Below are positions 27,874-41,620 of a DNA stretch of 64,000 nt, piece after piece; the stretch's first letter is position 1, and each line of letters opens with the position of its first letter. The notes beneath the pieces were generated by a model. That model was not told the DNA's origin and searched no databases. It saw only the letters and a list, made by a program, of their open reading frames with translations. This DNA is from Octopus sinensis (taxonomy: Eukaryota): positions 15,438,001-15,502,000 of the forward strand of contig NC_043010.1 of assembly GCF_006345805.1 (NCBI RefSeq), read 5' to 3'. Made by a program: the position numbers and the translations under genes.

Positions 27874-28281
27874 TCTTTTTATTACCCACAAGGGGCTAAA
27901 CATAGAGGGGACAATCAAGGACAGACAAACGGATTAAGTCGATTATATCGGCCCCAGTACGTAACTGTTACTTCATTTATCGACCCCGAAAGGATGAAAG
28001 GCAAAGTAGACCTCGGCGGAATTAGAACTCAGAACGTAACGGCAGACCTTTTTCTTTACTACCCACAAGGGGCTAAACACAGAGAGGAAAAACAAGGTCA
28101 GACAAACGGATTAAGTCGATTATATCGACCCCAGTACGTAACTGGTACTTCATTTATCAACCCCGAAAGGATGAAAGGCAAAGTCGACCTCGGCGGAATT
28201 TGAACTCAGAACGTAACGGCAGACGAAATACGGCTACGCATTTCGCCCGGCGTGCTAACGTTTCTGCCAGCTCGCCGCCTT
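27874..28281 (-). mobile_element. SINE family B dimer
   Basis: A full copy whose tail aaagaaaaag is joined to a second headless body starting gtctgccgttacg. Confidence 0.8.
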
Positions 28282-28489
28282 TACATTTAATACAATACAA
28301 GCGATTCTCAACCGGGATCCACGCAATAAACTAGTAAACTGGGGATCCACAATAGAATATTAAGGGCCCTCGAAAACATTTTGCTTTAGGTGTAGGTATT
28401 GCAAGAAACAGCTTGGTTTCTTACTCTAACATTTTACATCAACAAGCCGATGTATATAGAAAGCAAAATAGGAATTTTGAACAAGTATC

Positions 28490-28896
28490 GGATCTTTTCG
28501 GTTTGAACGGCAGTTTTTAAAATAATTTCCATGTAACTAAACACATTTTAAACTTTGTATACTGGTAGAATGTGTTTATAAAACATCTTTTTCTCTTGGC
28601 TTTATTGAGAAAATTCTATGGTTTGTAAGATATTTGTTGGGTTTTTTTTCTTCAATTTCTGCAATTTCAACCAATCAATGGCGTCCAATTGAGGTAAAAA
28701 GCATTCTGTGCCGTATGAATATGTCCCTCGTTTAAGAAACAGATTGGGTTTATTTACATTTGTGAAGAAAAAAAGATACCCTTCCCCCCACCCCTAAAAC
28801 ACATTGAAATGCAATAGATCGATTCTAGGGTCATAATTATGGGTGACAATTTCATGACACCGCTAGAAAAAACTGCCGGTCAAACCAAAAAGATCC
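28490..28896. mobile_element. ~408-bp GGATC-TIR MITE in opposite orientation, nested in a hAT-like MITE remnant
   Basis: Both TIRs are present and the internal sequence is the reverse complement of 20822-21229. TSD degenerate. Confidence 0.85.
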
Positions 28897-29354
28897 ACAA
28901 AACTAGTTTATAAGCATCGAATGGCTACGGGGACCCACAGATAAAAAACGGTTGAAACCCTCGTTCTATACCTTGTTATAATAAATATGAAATTATGGGA
29001 TTTCACTGTTGTCACTTCCGGTTTCTATTGTTCGCTGCATGTTGGCCAAGGATTGTAGCTAAATGCTGTCCGATGCTCTATCAACACACCATCCTAATTT
29101 TGTTTTTTAACACAAAATCATACATATATAACCCCTAGCTATTTTCCCTGCGGAAAACAACTTTTCATTGTTTTGTCAGAAGAGGAAGTTTAGCAGCCAA
29201 GATTCTTCATCGGAAACGCCGAGACTGGTAAGAAAGAAAGAAACAGTGTTATCTTCAGACTGGACACCTTGTCAAGAATATTTGTAATCTTAGAGAGCAA
29301 CTAAAGGCCAGACAGTGGTGGTGTTAAAGAAGAGGGAGAAGGATCAGCCACATA

Positions 29355-29665
29355 AAACCGACAGGCACTCCGTCGGTTTCGATGACGAAGGTTCCCAGTT
29401 GAACTGACAAACGGAACGGGTCTGCTCGTAAATAATTAACATGCAAGTGGTTGAGCACTCCACAGACATGTGTACCCTGAATGTAGTTTAAGAGAGATTC
29501 AGCATAAACACAGAATGTGACAAGGCCAGCCCTTTTGAATTACAGGTACATTTTTGCCAGCTGAGTGGACTGGAGCAATGTTAAATAAAGTGTCCTGCTC
29601 AAGGACACAACGAATATCGAACCCACGAGCTTAAGATCGTGAGCCGAATGCCCTAACCACTTACC
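29355..29665 (-). mobile_element. tRNA-headed SINE family D
   Basis: Minus-strand head ggttagggcattcggctcacgatc...gggttcgat followed by ttgtgtccttgagcaggacactt and gctccagtccactcagctgg. Related copies at about 19430-19545, 34360-34640 and 56970-57130. Confidence 0.65.
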
Positions 29666-30243
29666 ACCTAAGAACTCAGAACAGAGCGGACCCTCCAATG
29701 GCTTAACAGGGCAAGTTTCCGTCTACTGAAATCCAAGGGTTTTTACGTTCAGAGTTTAAATCTCGCTGAGGTGGACTTAGCCTTTCCCCAAGGCGTTGCA
29801 TAATTGAGATTTTAACTCGGAATGTAAACAGAGTTAAAGAATATGATGGTCAGAGCTGAAAGAGAAAAAGATGTTTTATAAACACATTCTACCAGTATAC
29901 GAAGTTTAAAATTTTTTTAGTTACCTAGAAATTATGTTAAAAACTGCCGTTCAAACCGAAAATATCCGTGATCTGAAGTAAAACTAAGAACGATATTCAA
30001 TTTGAAACTTTAACCTCCACAACACAAAACATTTTACAATAAGATTTTCTTTACTGCTTTGGAATGAAATACCCCCCCCCCCCACAAAAAAAGCCGGCAG
30101 TGGTCATAACTGCTGACCCTTTGTTTAATTAACTACACAAAGGTGAATGGCAAAGTTGAATCTCGACGGAATTTGAACTCGGGACGCACGGAACCGGAAC
30201 AAATGCCGCCAGTCCACTAAAGGCGTTATATTATGTCCTGTTC

Positions 30244-30466
30244 GAGCTGGCAGAAACGTTAGCACACCGGGCGAAATGCTTAGCGGTATTTCGTCTGCGT
30301 TACGTTGTGAGTTCAAATTCCGCCGAGGTCGACTTTGCCTTTCATCCTTTCGGGGTCGATAAATTAAGTACCAGTTACGCACTGGGGTCGATGTAATCGA
30401 CTTAATCCCTTTGTCTGTCCTTGTTTGTCCCCTCTATGTTTAGCCCCTTGTGGGCAGTAAAGAAAC
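30244..30466 (+). mobile_element. Young SINE family B copy with a 19-bp TSD
   Basis: gttatattatgtcctgttc on both sides (~30225-30243 and ~30468-30486). Confidence 0.9.
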
Positions 30467-31697
30467 AGTTATATTATGTCCTGTTCTTCAACGACTCCGT
30501 CAGTTCAACGCCATACACGGGTCAGTGGCCAACATACAACTGAAGAAAAGACAATAGAAAAAAAGCCGTCGCCAAAATTCCCCTCAGGTATGAAATGTCG
30601 ACTGCAGACATAGCAATCACGAGGTCTTTCTTTACTCTTAACGAGACTGAAGGATTGTGGTTTTGAAGTTGCTACCTTCAAGAACAACTTGGAGTTGCAA
30701 GCACGTTCCCACAGTTCTGCGGCGAGCTGGCAGAACCGTTAACACGCCGGGCGAAATGCATAGTCGTCGTTCAAACCGAAAAGATCCCATTTTTCTTTCT
30801 TCTTCTTCTCACTAGCGATGGGGGGGCGGGGCTTCAGGAAGATTTGACTGCTAATTTCTAGCAGGTCGAGCAAAACGCATAGGGATTCTCTCGTAAGTGA
30901 GCGGTAGCAAATAATAGAGGGAAGTGGGGGGCGGGCGGAGGTGCAGTGCGGTGCATTAAGTAGCTAAACCCCCCCCCTCGTTCAACTGGTTGCTGATAGA
31001 CAAGCTGCAGTATTAGTAGTTAGTAGCAGGGGCGATGAGTTGGTGGCGGCACAATAATGGTAAAGGCGGTGGAGCTGGTGGTGGTAGTGATGGTAATAAT
31101 ATTGGTGGGGGGAATGGTATGGGTAGAGGTGGTCCCGGTGTTGATAGGTGGGGGGCGGGCAGGCTAGTGGTGGCGGCGGCGTTGGTGGTGTGTAGGTGGT
31201 GACAATTGCAAAATTTCGTTGCACATGCTGCTTAGTAGGTGGTCGGAGGGGGGGAGTGTCAACAGTGGCCATGCTGTTGTTAGGTGGGGGAGGGGACGGT
31301 GGCGGCGGCGATAGCTGCAGAATTGAGGGTGGGGGCGGCGGCGGTGGTGGTTGCATGCAGGCGGAGGATGAAGGAGATGGCTACTGTTGCTTTTTTTTTT
31401 TTTACAGGGCCCACAACTGTTTCGCATAATAGGAGCCAGCTAGGGTACTATGTGGTTAAAAAGGAATAAAAACCAGTTTGCACAACCCTAGTCTGCCATC
31501 CTCTCATTTTAAAAACGACGAGGTGCAGGAGTGGCTGCGTGGTAAAGTAGCCTGCTTACCAACCACATGGTTCCGGGTTCAGTCCCACTGCGTGGCACCT
31601 TGGGCAAGTGTCTTCTACAATAGCCTCGGGCCGACCAAAGCCTTGAGAGTGGATTTGGTAGACGGAAACTGAAAGAAGCCCGTCGTATATATGTATG

Positions 31698-31785
<88 letters not shown>

Positions 31786-31966
31786 TGTGTCTGTGTGTGT
31801 GTATATGTTTGTGTGTCTGTGTTTGTCCCCCCCAGCATCGATTGACAACCGATGGTGGTGTGTTTACGTCCCATAGAATAAGTACTAGGCTTCCAAAGAG
31901 TAGCCCTGGGGTAGATTTGCTCGACTAAAGGCAGTGCTCCAGCATGGCCACAGTAAAATTACTGAA

Positions 31967-32291
31967 ATCGATCTATTGCATTTCAATCTCTTTTAGGGTT
32001 AGGGTTGGTGGAAGGGTATCTTTTTTTCTTCACAAATGTAAATAAACCCAATCTGTTTCTTAAACGAGGGATATATTCATACGGCACAGAATGCTTTTTC
32101 ACTCAATAGACGTCAGTGATTGGTTGAAATTGAAGAAAAAAACAACAAATATCTTACAAACTATAGAATTTTCTCAATAAAGCCAAGAGAAAAAGATGTT
32201 TTATAAACACATTCTACCAGTGTATGAAGTTTAAAATTTTTTAGTTACCTAGAAATTATGGTAAAAACTGCCGTTCAAACCGAAAAGATCC
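31967..32291. mobile_element. 5'-truncated GGATC-TIR MITE
   Basis: Matches the internal part and right TIR of 20822-21229. Further partial copies at about 29860-29967, 44420-44500, 59285-59442 and 60682-60985. Confidence 0.8.
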
Positions 32292-33680
32292 CTAGTTTTC
32301 AAACATCGGATAGCTATGGGGAAACCCACCAGAATGGAACAGTAATAAAAGAGGTCTGTAGATAAAAAATGGTCGAGAACCACTTATGTAGATATATCCC
32401 GTCTGTGTTTGCTGTTGCCCTATTCATAATCATATAAGGTAGTTGGCCCAGCTGGCCAAACCGCTAAATACAATCCAGATACATGCAATCGGAATCGAAA
32501 TCGCTCAAAAATCAATGGAAATTGCAGTTGTGATACCAGTGCTGGTGGCACGTAAAAGAACCATCCGAACGTGGCCGTTGTCAGCGCCGACCCGACTGGC
32601 CTCCGTGCCGGTGGCACCAACCAATCGTGGCCGTTGCCAACCTTGCCTGGCTTCTGTGCCGGTGGCACGTAAAGAGCACCAACCAATCGTGGCCGTTGCC
32701 AACCTCGCCTGGCACCTGTGCCGGTGGCACGTAAAAAGCACCCACTTACACTTACGGAGTGGTTGGCGTTAGGAAGGGCATCCAGCTGTAGAAACACTGC
32801 CATTTCAGACTGGGCCTGGTGCAGCCTCCTGGTTTCCCAGACCCCAGTCGAACTGTCCAACCCATGCTAGCATGGAAAGCGGACGTTAAACGTTGATGAT
32901 GATATAATATATCTCACATGAAAACCATACTGCGCTCTCTCATATGCAGTGACAAAACATGAGCAGCTAAAGTGTGGAGATATTCTTCATTATGGCTTAT
33001 CTGGTATACCTATTTCTTTATTACCCACAAGGGGACAAACAAGGACAGACATAGGTATTAAGTTGATTACATCGACCCCAGTGCGTAACTGGTACTTAAT
33101 TTATCGACCCCGAAAGGATGAAAGGCAAAGTCGACCTCGGCGGAATTTGAACTCACAACGTAACGCAGACGAAATACCGCTAAGTATTTCGCCCAGCGTG
33201 CTAACGTTTGTGCCAGCTCGCCACCTTATTCCTTCAAGGAATACCAGATAAGCCACCCATAATTGGATACAACTCAGTCAACAAAAACTCACTACTTGAA
33301 TGGACCATAAACAAAACTTGACTTAAACAGGATTTAGATAATCCTATCAGGTGGTGCTTTTAAGTTAGACATGGCCTGGACCAATCTTTGGTCGAAACAT
33401 ATCTAAGTTTTATCTAAATTTTACCATTCAAGAATGCAGACCGTTTATAATAACTGCAGAGAAACAACATATTGTGCCCATCCCCACTGAAAAATGGAGA
33501 TACTGTACTCTCTCTCTCTTTTGTTCACAAAGATTTGGTTGGCCCGAGGTCATAGTGGAAGACACTTGCCCAAGGTGCCGGAAGTGTGTGGTTAGGAAAG
33601 CAGCCTTTTTACCACACAACCACTTATGTGCAGTTTAGTTTAGTTTATTTAATTCACATTTCAAAGTCAATTATTATTGA

Positions 33681-34010
33681 CATGTGGTTGGTAAGCAGGC
33701 TACTTACCACGCAGCCACTCCTGCACCTCGTCGTTTTTAAAATGAGAGGATGGCAGACTAGGGTTGCACAAACTGGTTTTTATTCCTTTTTAACCATATA
33801 GTACCCTAGCTGGCTGGCTCCTATTATGCGAAACAGGTGTGGGCCCTGTAAAAAAAAAGCAACAGTAGCCATCTCCTTCATCCTCCGCCTGCATGCAACC
33901 ACCACCACCACCACCACCACCGCCGCAGCCACCCTCAATTCTGCAGCTATCGCCACCGCCACTCCCCCCCCACCTAACAACAGCATGGCCACTGTTAACA
34001 CTCCCCTCCG
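33681..34010 (-). repeat. Inverted duplicate of 31244-31569
   Basis: ~330 bp of mostly unique sequence reads as the near-identical reverse complement. Confidence 0.9.
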
Positions 34011-34926
34011 TCCGCTTTCCATGCTAGTAGAGGTGGGAAAAGTAATGGTCCGTTAGAACATGGCACGTTGCTGTTTCCCTGCAATTATTATGAATGGTGT
34101 GCATTCCTGAAATGTATCGAAAAGCACTGATGCTGCAGTTATTTCTGAGTGTGAGTTGTTTTGTAGTCACGATTCTAGGTGATTGATCTTGGCTTATCGG
34201 TTCAAGGGCTCATGATAGACATTAGACTTGGTGCCACAAAGTCATGGAGAAAACTCACCAACTCTATGGTCCATGTCTATGAATTGTACCTACTTTATAG
34301 TTGCTACCCCCCCACCCCCAAAAACTGACATTCTGTTATGATGATAAGGGCTCCAGTTGATTGTGATCAATGGAACAGCCTGCTCATGAAATTAACATGT
34401 AAGCGGCTGAGTATTCCACAGACACATGTATCCTTAACCTAAGTTCTATGGGAGATTCAGTGTGACATATAGTGTGACAAAGCTGGCCCTTTGAAATACA
34501 GGTACAACTCACTTTCGTCAGCTGAGTGGACTGGAGCAACATGAAATGAAATGACTTGCTCAAGGACACAGGGCGCTGCCAGGAATTGAACCCATGACCT
34601 TATGATCGTGAGCCAAATACCATAACAACTTGGCCACATACCCTCACAGACAGGGCCGTTTTCAAACTTAAGGACCTGCGCAATGTGACACAGTGACGCT
34701 GACAAGATGCAAACCCACCCACCCACCCACCTCCTTCCTTCCTTTCTTCCAAAGGCACATCGATTTATTCATTTAGTCCGACCCATGCCGGCATGGAACA
34801 TGGATGTTAAGTGACGACGATGACAGTGATGATGGTGATTGTGATGCGTACTTAATTTCTTCAATCAGCCATGCACCTAGCTCATAATACCCTACATCTT
34901 ATGAAACACCCTATCACCTGGGGGGG

Positions 34927-34957
<31 letters not shown>

Positions 34958-35376
34958 TAAAAAAAAAAGCTAACAATGAAATTTCTATGTCTACTCAACC
35001 TGCCAGAAACAGCAATACAAACACACACACACACATAGAGGCACACACACGCACACACAGCAGTTATTTATAATTACTAATAAAAAGGTATAATTAGGTT
35101 TGTAATGGTTATTTTCATATGTTGGCGCCTTATGAATTTTAACTCGTCAAACGACACCTATACCAATTTCAGCAGTAACATAAAAGAACACACACATATA
35201 TATATGTGTGTGTATGTATATATATCTATATGTATGTGTATATAAATATATATATATATATGTATGTATGTATATATGTATATGGATATATGTATATGTA
35301 TGAATATTGAATATATATATGAATGAATGTATGTATGTATGTATATATGTATGCATACAATATATATATTTCTAGC

Positions 35377-35424
35377 AAAAACTGTCCGACGAACGGGAAC
35401 GTGAAACTCAGAGTAACAGGTTTT
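35377..35424 (+). ncRNA. Candidate minimal type I hammerhead ribozyme (Penelope/retrozyme-like)
   Basis: Stem I ctgt/acag (extended by aaaa/tttt), core CCGACGA (U4C), stem II acg-GGAA-cgt, GAAA, palindromic stem III actc-a-gagt, and a GUA cleavage triplet ending at 35415. Confidence 0.65.
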
Positions 35425-35956
35425 GTTGAATTTTCTGCTGCTTTTAAATAAAGCATATTACTCTACCCCTGGTATTTGAGTACTCTTTTTTTCCACCTTG
35501 TTTCACATTTATGTGTTTACTCCGGTATATATATATATGGTCCAATGAAAGTAGCATTGACCTACTAAAAATAACAGCTGAATCCCCACCAAATCAACTT
35601 AAAAACAAGAGGGGTTGCTGGGAGAGAGAATGAAATCAGAACACCAATAGATCTTAGGATTTCATTATCTGAAGAAGTGCTTCTGAAACCTTTTTTTAAC
35701 TACTTTTCCCATTGCTTTTACTACTAATAGTTTTATTAATGCCTTCTTGGTATGATTCAGCAAAATTTAATTGACTACATAATACACATCCCACTAGGTA
35801 TATATATGCATGCATGCATGTATGTAGACACAAATCAGGGTGTTGCTTAATGCAACAAGATGCAGTGGGTATTTATCCGACAACATTGTTAAAAATTACA
35901 TTTTTGTTTGTTGCTTATAATCTACATGTGGTGGTTGGTGGTGGTTATCATTGTTA

Positions 35957-35993
<37 letters not shown>

Positions 35994-36312
35994 CCCCTTT
36001 TATCTTTCAGGTTTTTCAGTCATTAGACCTGCAGCTGAAACCACTGAGTTTACAAGGATGAAAGCAAACCAACACCTGTTGTCAAGTGATGGCGGTGGAG
36101 GAACACAGACACATACACATGACGTGTATACACACATACAGACATCATCATCATCGTTTAACGTCCACTTTCCAAGCTAGCATGGGTTGGACGGTTCGAC
36201 CGGGATCCGGAAAGCCAGGAGGCATCACCAGGCTCCTCCAGTCAGGTCTAGCAGTGTTTCTACAGCTGGATGCCCTTCCTGATGCCAACCACTCTGTGTG
36301 TACAGGGGGTGC

Positions 36313-36645
36313 TATATACATACATACATATATACATGTATATATACATATATACATATATATATATATACATGTATATATACATATATACATATATATA
36401 TACATACATATATATACATATATACAATATATATACATATATACATGTATATATACATATATACATATATATTACATATATATATTACATATATATATAC
36501 CTATATATATACATACATGTATATATACATATATATATACATACATGTATATATACATACATGTATATATACATATATATATACATATATATATATATAC
36601 ATATTATATATATACATATATATATATATACATATATATATATAC

Positions 36646-36724
<79 letters not shown>

Positions 36725-36820
36725 CATATATATATATACATATATATATATACATATATATATATACATATACTATATATATATACATATATATATATAC
36801 ATATACATATATATATATAC

Positions 36821-36851
<31 letters not shown>

Positions 36852-37031
36852 CATATATATATAACATATATATATATCCATATATATATATACATATATA
36901 TATCCATATATATATATATATATATATACATATATACATATATATATATACATATATATATATACATATATATACATACATACATACACATACATATATA
37001 TACATACATACATATACATACATATATATAC

Positions 37032-37101
<70 letters not shown>

Positions 37102-37238
37102 ACATACATATATATACATACATATATTATATATACATAATATATATACATACATATATATACAACATATATATACATACATATATATATATACATACAT
37201 ATATATATACATACATATATATACATATCTATATATAC

Positions 37239-37269
<31 letters not shown>

Positions 37270-37473
37270 ACATATATATATATATTATACATATATTATA
37301 TACATATATAATATATACATATATATATATATACATAATATATACATATATATAATATACATATATATATACATATATATATATATACATATATATATAT
37401 ACATATATATATATATACATATATATATATACATATATATATATACATATATATATACATATATATATAATAC

Positions 37474-37520
<47 letters not shown>

Positions 37521-37630
37521 CATATATATATATACATATATATATATACATTATATATATATTATACATATATATATATACATATATATATATATACATA
37601 TATATATATACATATATATATATATATTAC

Positions 37631-37661
<31 letters not shown>

Positions 37662-38044
37662 CATATATATATACATATATATATACATATACATATATAT
37701 ATACATATAATATACATATATATACATATATATATACATATATAATATACATACATATATATATATACATATATATATACATATATATAACATATATATA
37801 TACAATATATATATATATATATATATATACATTATATATACATACATACATACATACATATATACATACATACATACATATATATATACATACAATATAT
37901 ATATATATATAATACATATATTATATACATACATATATATATACATACATATATATATATACATACATATATATACATATATATATACATATATATACAT
38001 ACATACATATATATACATACATACATATATAATATACATACATA

Positions 38045-38085
<41 letters not shown>

Positions 38086-38278
38086 ACATATATATATATA
38101 TACATATATATATACATATATATATATACATACATATATATATAATAACATACATATATATACATACATATATTATATATACATACATATATATACTACA
38201 TATATATACATACATATATATACATACTATATATATATACATACATATATTACATACATATATATATATATACATACA

Positions 38279-38316
<38 letters not shown>

Positions 38317-38330
38317 CATATATATATATA

Positions 38331-38375
<45 letters not shown>

Positions 38376-38488
38376 CATACATATATATATATATATATAA
38401 TATATATAACATATATATATATATTATATACATATATATACATACATATATATATATATATACATTATATATATATATACATACATAC

Positions 38489-38520
<32 letters not shown>

Positions 38521-38594
38521 ACATATATATATATACATACATACATATTACATACATATATACATACATATATACATACATACATATATATATC

Positions 38595-38625
<31 letters not shown>

Positions 38626-38731
38626 CATACATACATACATATATATATATATACATACATACATATATATATAACATATATATATACATACATATATATA
38701 CATATATATATTTATATATATATATATATAT
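36313..38731. repeat. ~2.4-kb compound (TA)n/(CATA)n microsatellite
   Basis: Continuous tatata/catata sequence between a family C fragment and a family A fragment. Confidence 0.95.
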
Positions 38732-39314
38732 GACAAGCTTCTTTCAGTTTCCGCCTACCAAATCCAAATGACAAAGATTTGGTTGGCCCGAGGTATAGTG
38801 GAAGACACTTGCCCAAGGTGCCGGAAGTGTGTGGTTAGGAAAGCAGCCTTTTTATGACACAACCACTTATGTGCAGTTTAGTTTAGTTTATTTAATTCAC
38901 ATTTCAAAGTCAATTATTATTGACATTGTTGTTGTTGTTATTGTCACTGTTGTTGTGATTGTGGTTAACAACCAGTTTATCATAATATTGACATTTATTT
39001 ATTTATTTATTCAGATTTTGATTTTTTTGTTGTTGTTGTTGCAAAGTTGATATTTAAACGGGAACGAAAAACACTAAATAAAATCATACAATTGCATCTA
39101 ATAATCCTTTCTATTACAGGCACAAGGCATGACATTTTGGCGACGGGAGGGGACGAGTCGGTTACACTGGTACTTCATTTATTGACCCCGAAATGAAAGG
39201 ATGGAAGGCAAAGTCGACCACAGCAGAATTTGAAATTAGAACGCTGCAACAGGTGCCTAAGCATTTCGTCCGGCACACTAACAAGTCTGCCAGCATGCCA
39301 TCTTAATAACAATT

Positions 39315-39720
39315 CTTTCTCATTTCTTTACTGCCCGCAAGGGGCTACACACAGAGGGATAAACAGATTAAGTCGATTATATCGACCCCCAGTGCATAAC
39401 TGGTACTTAATTTAATCGACCCAAAAAGAATGGAAGGCAAAGTCGACTTTGGCAGAATTTGAACTCAGAACGTAAAGACGGGCGAAATACCTATTTCTTT
39501 ACTACCCACAAGGGGCTAAACACAGAGGGGACAAACAAGGACAGACACACGGATTAAGTCAATTACATCGACCCCAGTGCGTAACTGGTACTTAATTTCT
39601 CGACCCCGAAAGGATGAAAGGTAAAGTTGACCTCGGTGAAATTTGAACTCAGAACACCAAGGTGGGCGAAATGCTACTAAGCATTTTGCCTGGTGTGCTA
39701 ATGATACCGCCAGTTCATTG
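39315..39720 (-). mobile_element. SINE family B dimer (older)
   Basis: Plus-strand ggcgaaatac|ctatttctttactaccc at 39481-39507 corresponds to the minus-strand junction aaagaaatagg|tatttcgcc. Confidence 0.75.
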
Positions 39721-41353
39721 GTTTTAAAATAATAATAATCCTTTCTACTAAAGGAACAAGGCCTGAAATTTGGTGTGGAGGGCACTAGTCAATTACACCG
39801 AACCCCAGTGTTTGACTGGTACTTAATTTATTGACTCCCAAAAGAATGAAAGGCAAAGTTGACGTTGGCGGAATTTTAGCAACAGGTGAAATACCAAGCC
39901 CTTTGTCTGGTGCACCGGTGGTTCTGCCAGTTTGCTGCCTTCCTGTTGCACCCTTCCTCCACAATTTCCATATAATGAAACCCTCTCCCCACCATCACCC
40001 ATGGAGCACTAGCACTCACCTCTGAGAAGCACTGATTAAAAGAGCGTGAGAGAGAGAGAGAGAGGGAGGGAAGAAAATGGAGGTATCATGACCAGAAAAT
40101 GTTTGATCAAAGGACTTGTAAGATCACAACTGACCCACCCAGGGCTAAACAACCACTGCAATGACAACAGCCGAGATCAAAAATCTTTACACCTGTAGTG
40201 CATTTGTAAGGATTTGTTGATCACCTGTTGATCAGTGGCTGTGTGGTAAGTAGCTTGCTAACCAACCACATGGTTCCGGGTTCAGTCCCACTGCGTGGCA
40301 TCTTGGGCAAGTGTCTTCTGCTATAGCCCTGGGCCGACCAATGCCTTGTGAGTGGATTTGGTAGATGGAAACTGAAAGAAGCCTGTCGTATATATATATA
40401 TAAGTGTGTGTGTATATGTTTGTGTGTCTGTGTTTGTCCCCCTAGCATTGCTTGACAACCGATGCTGGTGTGTTTACGTCCCCATCACTTAGCGGTTCGG
40501 CAAAAGAGACCGATAGAATAAGTACTGGGCTTACAAAGAATAAGTCCCGGGGTCGATTTGCTCGACTAAAGGCGGTGCTCCAGCATGGCCGCAGTCAAAT
40601 GACTGAAACAAGTAAAAGAGTAAAGAGTATATGTATCTTTTCAAAGCTGCTGTAATGTGTATGCATCAGAAGGGCATGTTTGGAAGATGCAGAAGGAAGT
40701 GCGCTGGTGCAGTTATTGAGCATAATCATAATTATTTAATGTCCACCTTCCCCGCTGGCATGGGTTGGACGGTTTGACAGGAGCCAGCCAGCCAGAAAAC
40801 TGCACCAAACTTCTGTGTCTGTTCTGACAGGATTTTTTTACAGTTCGATGCCCTTCCTAACACCAACCACCCTGCAGAGTAGACTGAGTGCTTTTTACAT
40901 GGCACCAGCATAGACAAGGTCAGTTTTGGCGCAATCTTTTTGCAGCTGGATGCTTTCCAAATGCCAACCCCTTTACAGTTGCTTGTGTTGTGACACCAAC
41001 ACTGGCAAGGTCACCAAGAAACTTGCAAGACAAGGAAGTTTTGAGAGAGGAGGGGGGTTTTGAAAGAGGTGAATGGATACGGCGTTATATATATATTGAG
41101 GGGAGGGGAAAGTGTCAGTGCACATGGCCCTTGCAGGACCTGTCCCCTACCCCAGCAGAGAGCACTGAGGCCGATGTAATCAACCAGTCCTTTCCCCTAA
41201 AATTTCACCCCTTGTATTTACAGGAGAGATGATTATAATTACAAGTAGCAGCCTAATGAAATTAAGAAAGGCCTCGTTAGCTCAAACAGAGTCGATCCAT
41301 TAAGGGGCAGCCAACAAGGGTCATGCAGATAAGCTGTGATAGGGGCATTAAGC

Positions 41354-41620
41354 CAGTGGTTCTCAATGGTGTTGCATATATATGGCACCTGGGGGGGGGG
41401 GTCCATATAAGATTTTATTGTTAAAATTTATATGCAATAAATTTGTTATACTTCTACAATACACAAAATATTTTAATCTTCTTTTTTATACAATCCGTAA
41501 CAATATTTAATTATAAAAATTGAACAGGATTTTTAAAAAAAATCAAATGGATATGAGGGTCCATCTGAATAAAATAGGAATTAAAGGGGACCATAACTAA
41601 AAAATGGCTGAGAACCACTG
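41354..41620. mobile_element. hAT-type MITE
   Basis: cagtggttctcaa ... ctgagaaccactg TIRs with ttaagc-containing flanks. A related element at about 55024-55576 is split by a family A SINE. Confidence 0.7.

Noticed and set aside
30982-31427. Pro/His-rich ORFs here and at 15339-15802 and 52952-53260
   Set aside because: They are translations of (ACC)n/(GGT)n low-complexity tracts with no splice or homology support.
35660-35700. CTGAAGA-ag..ct-GAAA motif
   Set aside because: Stem II is only 2 bp, and there is no stem III/NUH or stem I.
36086-38693. Long ORFs rich in Y/I/H/T or M/Y/V/C (up to 361 aa), and similar ones elsewhere
   Set aside because: They are translations of (TA)n/(CA)n microsatellites, which lack stop codons.
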